NCBI GenBank assembly: GCA_007129655.1
Contig: SKVC01000091.1
Span: forward strand, 1-36,726
Direction of reading: 5' to 3'
DNA: 36,726 nt
From: Thermoplasmata archaeon
GTDB lineage: Archaea > Thermoplasmatota > Thermoplasmata > Halarchaeoplasmatales > Halarchaeoplasmataceae
Translations under genes and position numbers: made by a program
Shown here: in pieces, positions 8,945-17,120 of the stretch
Numbering within the stretch: the first letter of the stretch is position 1
Layout of the letters: each line of letters starts with the position of its first letter
The notes under the pieces: model-generated
What the model was told of the DNA's origin: nothing
The model's database searches: none
The model's input: the letters and a program-made list of their open reading frames with translations, nothing else

Positions 8945-8978
8945 TTATTTAAAACTCGGGTCTGTTAAATAAACCTTA

Positions 8979-9869
8979 CTATAAGACGTAAGAGATTGGA
9001 TTTCCTATCAAAAAGGATATGACATAACCGATGCAAATGGGTACGATAAATGGAATCTTTGGGGTTACCCAGACGCGTTTTAGTCCTCTTTTTCGCAGTG
9101 TCTCTATGACCTCGTCCATGTCTCCTCGCGGGAAGAGTTTTATAGTTCTCTCTCCGTCCTCATTATAACGTTCCATAGGCCAAACGAAGGAATCCGAGAC
9201 ATTTTCAATATCCATTCTATATCCAAAAAGCATCTGTGGAAATCCAAAATCCTTATTCTTAAGGTTTATAAACAGATAAACAGGGAGTATAAACAATACG
9301 ATAATAGATGCGTTTAAAAGCACTATAAGGGTGAAGGGAAACATGATCTGCATGAAAGGTATCTGTTGAGAAACGAGTCCGGTATGAGTGAACCCGGGTA
9401 TATGTGGATAAAAGGGAACGAGAATAGCTAAGACCAATACGGCTTTAGCATCTGCACCGCCGTATAGTATTGCAAAGTAATAAAGGATGAATACTATGAT
9501 CATCATTATAGGGATCGCTAAAAGAGACCAAAAAAAGATGTCGTCACTGATTGAGAATATTTGATAGGTTACGGTGATAACAGGTATGAAAAACCATGTT
9601 AGAACTCCAAAATTGATTCCCTTGTCGGTGAATAATGCGGGAACCTCGTAAAAAGCTTCGGATAAAAGTACGATTATAGGTATGAATATCAGATAATATC
9701 TCCAGCCGACTTCTTTATTAAAAAGTTGAATCGATAGTAAAGCGAGGGCAACAACGGCCATGACTATCCATAACTTGTCCGTCACCCGTCTCGTTTTTAT
9801 ATCCATTAAAGCTGCTACCGAAAGGAAGGAAAGACCGACGATGAACCGGACTATTGATAGATACGTCAT
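8979..9869 (-). CDS. A24-family aspartic prepilin/preflagellin peptidase (FlaK/PibD/EppA-like)
   Basis: It is a polytopic membrane protein with the two catalytic-Asp contexts, ALMDIKTRRV and YGGADAKA. Confidence 0.75.
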   Translation of the reverse strand: MTYLSIVRFIVGLSFLSVAALMDIKTRRVTDKLWIVMAVVALALLSIQLFNKEVGWRYYLIFIPIIVLLSEAFYEVPALFTDKGINFGVLTWFFIPVITVTYQIFSISDDIFFWSLLAIPIMMIIVFILYYFAILYGGADAKAVLVLAILVPFYPHIPGFTHTGLVSQQIPFMQIMFPFTLIVLLNASIIVLFILPVYLFINLKNKDFGFPQMLFGYRMDIENVSDSFVWPMERYNEDGERTIKLFPRGDMDEVIETLRKRGLKRVWVTPKIPFIVPICIGYVISFLIGNPISYVL

Positions 9870-9882
9870 ATTCTTAAACCTG

Positions 9883-10701
9883 TTATATTATATTCATAGA
9901 AACGTCTGCAGATTTAACCGAATGGGTTATAGCTCCACTTGAGACAACATCCGCAAAGGGTGCATAATCTGCTATATTATCGATGTTGATGTTTCCTGAG
10001 ATTTCGACTATTATGCCGGGATCGATGTCTTTAATTTGTTTATATGCGATCTCAACTTCTTGGATTGACATATTGTCGAGCATTATTATATCAACATCTA
10101 AGTTGGCAGCCTCGGATACGCGGCTAGGAGAGCTAACTTCGACTTCGATCTTTTTGTATATCGAACCCTTTTTCGCTAAACGAACAGCTTTTTCCAGACC
10201 GCCGGCTGACTTTATGTGATTATCTTTGATAAGGATCATATCGTCCAATCTATATCTGTGCGGATCTCCTCCACCGTGGACCACAGCTTTTTTTTCGAAA
10301 TATCGAAATCCGGGGGTCGTCTTTCTTGTTGCCGCTACCTTCGTATCTCCTGCCAGCTTAACCATTTTACTTACTTTCGTCGCTATTCCGGACATACGCA
10401 TCAATATGTTTAGTGCTAACCGTTCTGCTGAAAGGACATTTGATGACACACCCTGGATATTCATGAGTATGTCGCCTTTTTTCACCGAATCGCCGGATGA
10501 AAGTGAAGATGTCCATTTAGCTCCTAGTTCTTCGAACACTATCCCCGCTTCCCTCAGACCGCTCAAAACAAAATCCTCTTTTGCTATTATGTGGCAATCG
10601 ATTTCTTCATCGCCACATATGAGATCGGAAGTTATGTCGCCGTAACCGACATCCTCCCTGAGAAATCTTTGAATTTCATTTCGAACGAAGTGATCTTCCA
10701 T
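9883..10701 (-). CDS. nadC: Nicotinate-nucleotide pyrophosphorylase (quinolinate phosphoribosyltransferase)
   Basis: Motifs ATRKTTPGFR, KKAVVHGGGDPHRYRLDD, LIKDNH and MLDNM are present. Length is 272 aa. Confidence 0.9.
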   Translation of the reverse strand: MEDHFVRNEIQRFLREDVGYGDITSDLICGDEEIDCHIIAKEDFVLSGLREAGIVFEELGAKWTSSLSSGDSVKKGDILMNIQGVSSNVLSAERLALNILMRMSGIATKVSKMVKLAGDTKVAATRKTTPGFRYFEKKAVVHGGGDPHRYRLDDMILIKDNHIKSAGGLEKAVRLAKKGSIYKKIEVEVSSPSRVSEAANLDVDIIMLDNMSIQEVEIAYKQIKDIDPGIIVEISGNINIDNIADYAPFADVVSSGAITHSVKSADVSMNII

Positions 10702-10707
10702 CTGTCA

Positions 10708-11931
10708 TCACAACTCCAATACCTCGCCTTCCTTCGGGATATGTACATTAAATTCAGACAGATCTTCAGCCACTAATTCTCGGGCATCACCGTGCATGAG
10801 AACGATCTCTTCCGGATCGCAACCTCGAGCAAATTCCAGGAGTTCCGAATGTCCTGCATGTGCAGAGAAGTCATAGCGCTTCACTTGGCAATCTATTGGG
10901 ATTGTTGCGCCTCTGTCCTGTATAACTCCTTTTTCCAGCAACATATTTCCATTGGTTCCTGGTACCTGGTAGCCCGTGAGCAATATGGAGGTGTTTTTGT
11001 CTTTCCTTTTGTTCAATATATAATTCATAACGGGACCTCCGGACACCATACCACTTGTAGAAACTATAACTTCGGCATCCATCGCCTTTTTTCTCATCCG
11101 GTGAGAATGAACTTGGTTGGCGTTATTTACAGCACGACGAAGAGCGTCCGGCGATCTTAAAAAGCCTTCGTGATTGAGATATATCCTATTCACCGTACGG
11201 CCCATACCATCATACCATATATCGTAGTCTCCTTCATCGAGCAGCATCAGTATCTCCTGCGTACGTCCGACGGCGAACACAGGTATAATTGCTTGACCGC
11301 CTTTACTCAATGTATCGTCGACGGTGTCGAGAAGATCCTGTTCGGTTTCTGATCTATCGGGATGATCTTCGCCGCCGTAGGTGGTTTCCATTATCAATGT
11401 GTCGCATTTAACCGGATGGGCACCCCATTGAAGCCTTGTGTTTTTAGTATTTATATCTCCAGAGAACAGAGTGGTTTTTTCTCCTCTTAACTCAAACATT
11501 GCGGAACCGGGTATGTGACCCGCTGAATGGATCTCTATCTCCATACCGCCGATATCTCTTTTTGAATTGTAGCCCACCATGTCGAAGGCTGATTTGGTCT
11601 TTTTGATGTCAGACTTGTCGAAAAATAAAGGATATCCTTCGATTTCAGCGATCTTAAGACTGTCGTATAACAATAGTTCTGTTACTTCTATTGTGGGATG
11701 TGTCGATAAAATCGGGACTCCATAGGTTCTTACCAGAGTAGGAAGCATACCGCAATGGTCTAGATGCGAATGAGACAACATAGCAAAATCCACCATCGGC
11801 GGTCTCATGGGATATTCCGGTGGATCTGCAGGAAGCATACCATGATCAAAAATGAATGTCGTGCCTTTGTGTTCCATAAGCATGGAGAGAGGGCCAACTT
11901 CGCTAACTCCTCCAAGGAATGTTAATTTCAT
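10708..11931 (-). CDS. Metallo-beta-lactamase / beta-CASP ribonuclease (aCPSF2-like, no KH domains)
   Basis: It has the HSHLDHCG (HxHxDH) motif, later H and D motifs, and a C-terminal HGD. Length is 407 aa. Confidence 0.7.
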   Translation of the reverse strand: MKLTFLGGVSEVGPLSMLMEHKGTTFIFDHGMLPADPPEYPMRPPMVDFAMLSHSHLDHCGMLPTLVRTYGVPILSTHPTIEVTELLLYDSLKIAEIEGYPLFFDKSDIKKTKSAFDMVGYNSKRDIGGMEIEIHSAGHIPGSAMFELRGEKTTLFSGDINTKNTRLQWGAHPVKCDTLIMETTYGGEDHPDRSETEQDLLDTVDDTLSKGGQAIIPVFAVGRTQEILMLLDEGDYDIWYDGMGRTVNRIYLNHEGFLRSPDALRRAVNNANQVHSHRMRKKAMDAEVIVSTSGMVSGGPVMNYILNKRKDKNTSILLTGYQVPGTNGNMLLEKGVIQDRGATIPIDCQVKRYDFSAHAGHSELLEFARGCDPEEIVLMHGDARELVAEDLSEFNVHIPKEGEVLEL

Positions 11932-12034
11932 ATTATTTCATCACCTTTTTCTTCTATCATTACTTACTTCAAATAGAGGTCATATATATTATGTTTGTCT
12001 TTTTCAACACGAAATTTGGCAGATGTTTCGAAAA

Positions 12035-12107
12035 CTTATAAATACATCCCAACCAATTGTGTCGCAAAATATCTACTATCAGTCAAGTACAGATAGGAGG
12101 ATTACAA
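12035..12107 (+). promoter_or_regulatory. Putative promoter (TATA-like CTTATAAATAC at 12035-12045) and leader with a Shine-Dalgarno AGGAGG at 12095-12100
   Basis: The AGGAGG lies 7 nt upstream of the ATG at 12108. An AT-rich TATA-like box lies about 60 nt upstream. Confidence 0.45.
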
Positions 12108-14783
12108 ATGAAAAAAAATTGTGTTTCGATTTCGGTCGGTCTTAGAAAAACTATGATGGTTCTTTTGGCTGTTATGTTATTGACTATGAGTTGGGTCAGT
12201 TTCATCCCAGAAGCCACAACTGCGGCAAATGAAGAAATGTACGGAGGAACTCTTCGTGTTGCGATAATGGATGAGCCATCAGAAGAAATACACCCACTAA
12301 CTACTCATGAAACAGGGAATCTCGATATAATTGATTTGATGTACGATTCTCTTGCCATAAGAGACGTAGAAACAGGAATTATGATTCCATGGCTTTCAGA
12401 GAGTTGGACAACGGGAGATGACAATGTAACCGTCACACTAAGAGATAATATCGAGTTCTGGGACGGTTCGATGATGACATCAGAGGATATTAAATATTCT
12501 TATGATAATTACGCGGGGCCCCTTATGGTTCCGGTAAGCAGTGTAACCGCTGTGGATAGTCATACTATTACCTTTGAGTTGTCAACCTTGAATCCTTCTT
12601 TCTTTATAACAGAAGGTATGACAGTACCCATTGTTAAAGAAGGAACGGATGATATGGGATCCGGCCCATTCATGGATTTGACGAGACGGGAAGAGATCGG
12701 TAATGAAGTCAGCAATGAATTCTTGAGAGATCCACAGTTGGATACTGCAGAGAATTCTTTTTTAAACCTGGTCTTTGATAATGTTTACGACGTTGAATTA
12801 TACGGTAAATTGATTGACGATGATAGCAACGAAACTCACGAAAGAGAATTGATCGACAGTTCCGAATACAATCTAAACGAAGAAATTGGCCGTATATACA
12901 ATATAGATTTACCGGAAGATACAGAGATAACTGCAGATTACAAATACGATGCAACGTTTTATGATCTCGAAACTAACGAAAATTACTTCATGGAAAGACC
13001 ATACATAGATGGAATATCCTTCCAAGTTTTTAATACAATAGCTGCACCCAAGGGTGTCAACCAGGATAGGATACCACTAGGTCCAAGCCAAAGTGATGCA
13101 ACATACATGGCTGGTGCAGTAAATCAGCTTGGAAACAACAACATAGATATGATCAAGCCCTTTTATCCACGTATCTATATTCGGTTCGTTAACGTAGCTG
13201 AATCGGCAATCGTTTCCGTACCGAGCAATGAATTTGTTTACGCTGCATATAATGCACAAAGCGCCCCGTTCAACGTTGGTGAAAATGATATCACATTTGA
13301 ACGTGCAGAGGCTGCTCGTAATGCGATTAACCTTCTTTTTGGAAGAGACACCGTGGTAAATGATATCTTGGGCGGCGCGGGCCACAAAGGAATAACCATA
13401 GTTTCGCCTGCGAATGAGTACTGGTTCAACCCGGACACAGCTGCAGTAAAGCAGGACTTTAGGGAGGCGAACGATCTACTTGACGATGCTGCCTTCTTTG
13501 ATTATGATGCCAACGGATTTAGAGATCTTCCGAATGAAGAGTCATTTTCATTGGGAGTTAATTATCCTAGCAGCTTAGAAGATGAAAACCCCGGCAGCAT
13601 CGGTAGCGGTTTAGCCGGCGGCGGCGGATTGGGATCTATTTGGATAGATGCAATCGATAATTCCATGAGCCTAGCCGGTGTTGAGGCGGCTAAAGAAAGC
13701 GGCGATTTCGACATAACTATTGGAAGATACCACGCAGCCTTCGACCCGGGGAAAGATCTTTACGCTCTTTTCCACTCCGAAAGCGATGAAAACTTCATGG
13801 GTTTAAACGATCCCGAACTAGATGCTGCGATCGAAGAAGTAAACAGCATACTAGATCAAGGAGAACGGCAAGAAGCTATGCATGAAATACAGGAATTGCT
13901 TATCAAAAAGATGCCGATCTCTGTAATATATACGCCATCACTCAGCCAGGTCTATAGACAGGATCTTTATACCGGATGGATAAATGGATTCGATATCGGC
14001 GTCCACAACAAACAGAATTACTTGTCTTTACACAGGATGACAGAAGATTCTTTAAACGTAAGAATCACAATGATGATGAGTCTTTCGAGCGGAGCCGACA
14101 CCACAATAACCGTTGTAGCTGAAGATGCAAACGGCAACCCAATACCCGAGGCAAACGTAGAGCTAGAAGTTGAACTAGGAGAACTGGAAGCAAGAAGCGA
14201 ATTAACTGATAGCGGCGGTACGCTGGTATACGACTATACTGCTCCAACGGTAACAGGCATGACCGATGTATTGATATCCGCAAGTGTGATCAAAGGTACG
14301 GATTTAGGCTACACATCATACGTAGCTACCATACACCCTGTTGAAACTGTATTCACTTTAGGAGTTAACATAGATACAACACAGATGGATTCAGGCGAAA
14401 GTGCGGAAATTACCGTAGAGATATATGGACAGATGGACACATACCCTGAGATAACTCTGAGCATACTTCCATCGGGCGGGGCATGGTTAGAAAAAACCAA
14501 CAATGTCGGAGAAACAGGTCAAAAGTTCACTACAACACTACATACCGATGGTGTGTTGACTGAAACGACCTATAGGATAACAGCTACTGCAACCTATGGA
14601 CAAATCACACAGACAGGCGAAGGAAGCATTCGTGTCAACGCGAATCCGGTGGAGGAATCTGAAACAACTCCGATGTGGCTCTACGTCGGGATCGGATTAG
14701 CAGGTATAATCATACTGATGATTCTGATCCTAGCGATGATCAAAAAGAGAGAACATGAAGAAGAAACCTTCGAAGATGATTAA
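12108..14783 (+). CDS. Cell-surface family-5 (peptide/nickel-type) solute-binding-protein-like domain fused to Ig-like (Big_1-like) repeats, with a C-terminal TM anchor
   Basis: It has an N-terminal signal/TM (MMVLLAVMLLTMSWVSF) and the SBP_bac_5 pattern (GGTLRVA...PWLSESWT...LRDNIEFWDGS). An Ig-like segment is present (VVAEDANGNPIPEANVELEV...TDSGGTLVYDYTA). The C-terminal helix is followed by KKREHEEE. The ATG at 12108 with its SD is preferred over the TTG at 12057. Confidence 0.75.
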   Translation: MKKNCVSISVGLRKTMMVLLAVMLLTMSWVSFIPEATTAANEEMYGGTLRVAIMDEPSEEIHPLTTHETGNLDIIDLMYDSLAIRDVETGIMIPWLSESWTTGDDNVTVTLRDNIEFWDGSMMTSEDIKYSYDNYAGPLMVPVSSVTAVDSHTITFELSTLNPSFFITEGMTVPIVKEGTDDMGSGPFMDLTRREEIGNEVSNEFLRDPQLDTAENSFLNLVFDNVYDVELYGKLIDDDSNETHERELIDSSEYNLNEEIGRIYNIDLPEDTEITADYKYDATFYDLETNENYFMERPYIDGISFQVFNTIAAPKGVNQDRIPLGPSQSDATYMAGAVNQLGNNNIDMIKPFYPRIYIRFVNVAESAIVSVPSNEFVYAAYNAQSAPFNVGENDITFERAEAARNAINLLFGRDTVVNDILGGAGHKGITIVSPANEYWFNPDTAAVKQDFREANDLLDDAAFFDYDANGFRDLPNEESFSLGVNYPSSLEDENPGSIGSGLAGGGGLGSIWIDAIDNSMSLAGVEAAKESGDFDITIGRYHAAFDPGKDLYALFHSESDENFMGLNDPELDAAIEEVNSILDQGERQEAMHEIQELLIKKMPISVIYTPSLSQVYRQDLYTGWINGFDIGVHNKQNYLSLHRMTEDSLNVRITMMMSLSSGADTTITVVAEDANGNPIPEANVELEVELGELEARSELTDSGGTLVYDYTAPTVTGMTDVLISASVIKGTDLGYTSYVATIHPVETVFTLGVNIDTTQMDSGESAEITVEIYGQMDTYPEITLSILPSGGAWLEKTNNVGETGQKFTTTLHTDGVLTETTYRITATATYGQITQTGEGSIRVNANPVEESETTPMWLYVGIGLAGIIILMILILAMIKKREHEEETFEDD

Positions 14784-14789
14784 TTCGAA

Positions 14790-15095
14790 TTGATAGAGGA
14801 GCCTGTTGAAGAAGACTTTGAAGACGGAGATATCTTTGAAGAAGAGGAGGACTTTGAAGACGAAGATATCTTTGAAGAAGAAGAGGATCTCGAAGACGAA
14901 GATATCTTTGAAGAAGAGGAGGATCTCGAAGATGAAGATATCTTTGAAGAAGAGGAAGAACCTCTAATTGAACAGGAGCCGGAATTATCACAAGAGCAAC
15001 AGGAAAAACTCGATAAGCTAGAGAAAGCACATGACGAAGGCAATATGCCTACGGAGATCTACGAGAAAAACAAGCAAAAGATTCTTGAAAACTAA
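14790..15095 (+). CDS. Highly acidic repeat protein with a SHOCT-like C-terminus. It is possibly the severed cytoplasmic tail of the preceding gene.
   Basis: It has a TTG start 6 nt after the upstream TAA and is in the same frame as 12108..14783. It contains four (E)EEED[FL]ED[EG]DIF repeats and then LDKLEKAHDEGNMPTEIYEKNKQKIL, which resembles SHOCT. Confidence 0.4.
   Translation: MIEEPVEEDFEDGDIFEEEEDFEDEDIFEEEEDLEDEDIFEEEEDLEDEDIFEEEEEPLIEQEPELSQEQQEKLDKLEKAHDEGNMPTEIYEKNKQKILEN
14808..14960 (+). repeat. Tandem coding repeat: one 30-nt unit, three 36-nt units and a partial unit
   Basis: Units lie at 14808-14837, 14838-14873, 14874-14909 and 14910-14945, with a partial unit at 14946-14960. 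The consensus is GAAGAAGAGGAGGATCTCGAAGACGAAGATATCTTT. Confidence 0.9.
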
Positions 15096-15124
15096 AACAA
15101 ACCCCTTCCCCTTACTTATCTTTT

Positions 15125-15964
15125 TTATATCGTATCGACACGGAATATTTCTTCGCCATCTTTGTATATACGTATTATACCTTCAGACGAAATAACCATC
15201 GCTATTGCCATCGTTTTTGAAGTTATGCTGGCAGCCGCCAGATGCCTACCACCGAGGCCTTCTTCCACGGTTATATCCAAGTCTTTGTTAAACATTACAT
15301 ACCTACCCGCTGCTATCGGATTGCCGTCTTCATCAAGCACCATTGCACCGTCGAGCATGGTGTATTCTTTAACTGTATTCCAATTTTTTCCTTCCCGTAT
15401 ATTTAGATTTTCAAGAGAGCATCCTTCCAAAGGGTTTCGGATCAACTCTCTGGTATGATTTATGACTTTATTCACATCACCCATTATCATAAGACCTCCC
15501 ACCGGTAATCCTTCCTTTCCCTCTTTAATTATCATCATACCTATCTTGAACACCGCATCTAATACTCTGATATCTATTCTACCTCTTAGCACTTCCTTCA
15601 AACTAGCGGCATCGATATCCTCCATATCAAACCAATGTATGGAATAAACATCACTGTATATAACGAAAAGCACCCTATCGATACCAGAAAGAAGTCCTTC
15701 GGCATAGCAGGTGAGTACAACGTCTTTGGCCTGATCAAAAATATTCAGACCTTTGGGGGCTGCATAATGGGTACGGCGGATATGCACATTGCTTTTAGAG
15801 AGAATAGAAGACATGGGAGGGTTGTTTGTTGCAATTATTAATGGTATTTGACCTATCTTTTCAGATAGTGATTCCATAACATCCTTGGAATCTGTGTAAA
15901 TCAACACCTTTGTGGGCTCGAAATCCCGCATCATATCCGTGAAAGAATCCAGCAGTTCGTTCAT
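15125..15964 (-). CDS. dacZ: Diadenylate cyclase, archaeal DacZ type (c-di-AMP synthase)
   Basis: The C-terminal DisA_N/DAC domain carries the DGA (MLDGAMVLD) and G-RH (GLGGRHLAAAS) motifs. An N-terminal ~130-aa regulatory domain is present. Length is 279 aa. Confidence 0.75.
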   Translation of the reverse strand: MNELLDSFTDMMRDFEPTKVLIYTDSKDVMESLSEKIGQIPLIIATNNPPMSSILSKSNVHIRRTHYAAPKGLNIFDQAKDVVLTCYAEGLLSGIDRVLFVIYSDVYSIHWFDMEDIDAASLKEVLRGRIDIRVLDAVFKIGMMIIKEGKEGLPVGGLMIMGDVNKVINHTRELIRNPLEGCSLENLNIREGKNWNTVKEYTMLDGAMVLDEDGNPIAAGRYVMFNKDLDITVEEGLGGRHLAAASITSKTMAIAMVISSEGIIRIYKDGEEIFRVDTI

Positions 15965-16010
15965 GTCTGAAACCTAAAGACAGTGAATACATTTAATCCT
16001 TTTCGTGATG

Positions 16011-16910
16011 TTATTTTATTTCATATTCCGACAAGTCGTTTGGTATGATACAATCTGGAAAAATATCTCTAGCTTCTAGCTCGAGTTCCTTGGTATTTTC
16101 GTATCTGGGACTTACATGTACGAGGAACAATTTTTTTACGGATGCTTTACGAGCTATCTCCGCAGCCTGTGTAACAGATGAATGCCCCCTTTCGAGCGCT
16201 GTTTCAGACATAGAGGCATCGAAGGTTCCTTCGTGAACTAACACATCTGCATGACGGGCTGCTTCTAGTATATCCGATGAGGGCTTAGTATCCCCGGAAT
16301 AAACCATCAATCGTCCCCTCCTGGGAGGACCTAAAATGTCGTCCGGGCCTATGGTACGTCCATCTACTTGAACCGTTTGTCCTCTCTGTATCTTGCCGAA
16401 AAGCGGTCCTTCGGGAACCCCCATCTCCAAAGCTTTGCTCTTGTCGAATCGTCCGGGTTTATCATCCTCTTTGAAGGCATATGCAAGAGAAGGTATATTA
16501 TGATTCGATGGTATCACTTGCACAGAAAATCCGTGGAATTTCAGAACGGCGCCGGGTTTAAGTTCTTGTGCCTTTACCTCGAAGTTGGGGTTGAAATATC
16601 CTAATCTTGTGAGGATATCCAACAACTGTTTAGTACCCTTAGGACCGTAGACCTCCAGGGGCTTTTCACGTTCGTTGAGCTTCATACTCTGTATAAGACC
16701 GGGTAAACCGAGGAAGTGATCTCCATGAAAATGAGTTATGAAAATTTTATTTATGTCCATAAAGGAGAGTGAAGAGCGCATCAGCTGCCTCTGTGTGCCT
16801 TCTCCACAATCGAAAAGTATGACATCACCGTTGAATTTCAGGCCGAGTGACGATACATTACGTCTGGGGGATGGATAGCTACCCCCTGTGCCCAAGAATA
16901 CAATTTTCAT
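16011..16910 (-). CDS. rnz: Ribonuclease Z (tRNA 3' endonuclease)
   Basis: It has MKIVFLGTGGSYPS, LFDCGEGTQRQL, THFHGDH and a C-terminal HVSPRY. Length is 299 aa. Confidence 0.9.
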   Translation of the reverse strand: MKIVFLGTGGSYPSPRRNVSSLGLKFNGDVILFDCGEGTQRQLMRSSLSFMDINKIFITHFHGDHFLGLPGLIQSMKLNEREKPLEVYGPKGTKQLLDILTRLGYFNPNFEVKAQELKPGAVLKFHGFSVQVIPSNHNIPSLAYAFKEDDKPGRFDKSKALEMGVPEGPLFGKIQRGQTVQVDGRTIGPDDILGPPRRGRLMVYSGDTKPSSDILEAARHADVLVHEGTFDASMSETALERGHSSVTQAAEIARKASVKKLFLVHVSPRYENTKELELEARDIFPDCIIPNDLSEYEIK

Positions 16911-17120
16911 GCTTATCGCAGTGTCTGACGGTATAAATCGTTTTGCCCATCAGTAGTTTCGATTACGCCTCTCTCCCGGCAGGAAACTTAAATATACTAG
17001 AATGCATAAGGTTAGTTAGGTGTTCCACTGGCTGACGAAGTAAAGAAAGAAAAGGAAAAACAGGATTCGAAGGAAGATACGAGAGATAAACTCATATCGA
17101 GTCTTCTCGAAGGAAAGAGG

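Noticed and set aside
10226-11160. Plus-strand ORFs of 139 and 122 aa inside nadC and the beta-CASP RNase gene. There are similar shadow ORFs inside hef (18433-18866), leuS (29816-30707, 31063-31410, 31999-32346), glmS and other genes.
   Set aside because: They lie antisense to, or out of frame with, genes that have strong family signatures. Their translated sequences are low-complexity or hydrophobic with no recognisable motifs, which is typical of shadow ORFs.
12057-12107. TTG/GTG-extended N-termini suggested by the ORF track. These affect 12057 (surface protein), 32526 (leuS), 32535 (tpiA), 6413, 35313 and 36134.
   Set aside because: The internal ATG codons give N-termini matching family norms and better promoter/SD geometry. 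Examples are AGGAGG 7 nt before 12108, MEEYEPRTIESKWQ for LeuRS, and MISKPVIMVNYKTY for TPI. The extensions would also erase the divergent promoter regions.
14808-14960. Regularly spaced direct repeats that could be mistaken for a mini CRISPR array.
   Set aside because: The units are contiguous with no spacers and are in frame with a coding sequence. They encode a coherent acidic peptide repeat, and there are no cas genes or leader.
14740-15043. Two long minus-strand ORFs (96 and 87 aa) with Ser/Leu-rich repeats (SSSSKISSSSRSSSS, LLQRYLRLRD).
   Set aside because: They are the antisense reading of the GAA/GAG-rich 36-bp coding repeat. Their low-complexity repeats mirror the plus-strand acidic repeat, and they have no independent start or promoter signals.
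16911-17120. The 210-bp intergenic region between rnz and the Zn-ribbon ORF as a possible tRNA or ncRNA locus.
   Set aside because: There is no tRNA-like T-arm (GTTCRANYC), acceptor complementarity or strong hairpins. The content is explained by two divergent TATA-like promoters (CGATTTATACC on the minus strand, CTTAAATATAC on the plus strand) plus a purine-rich leader.
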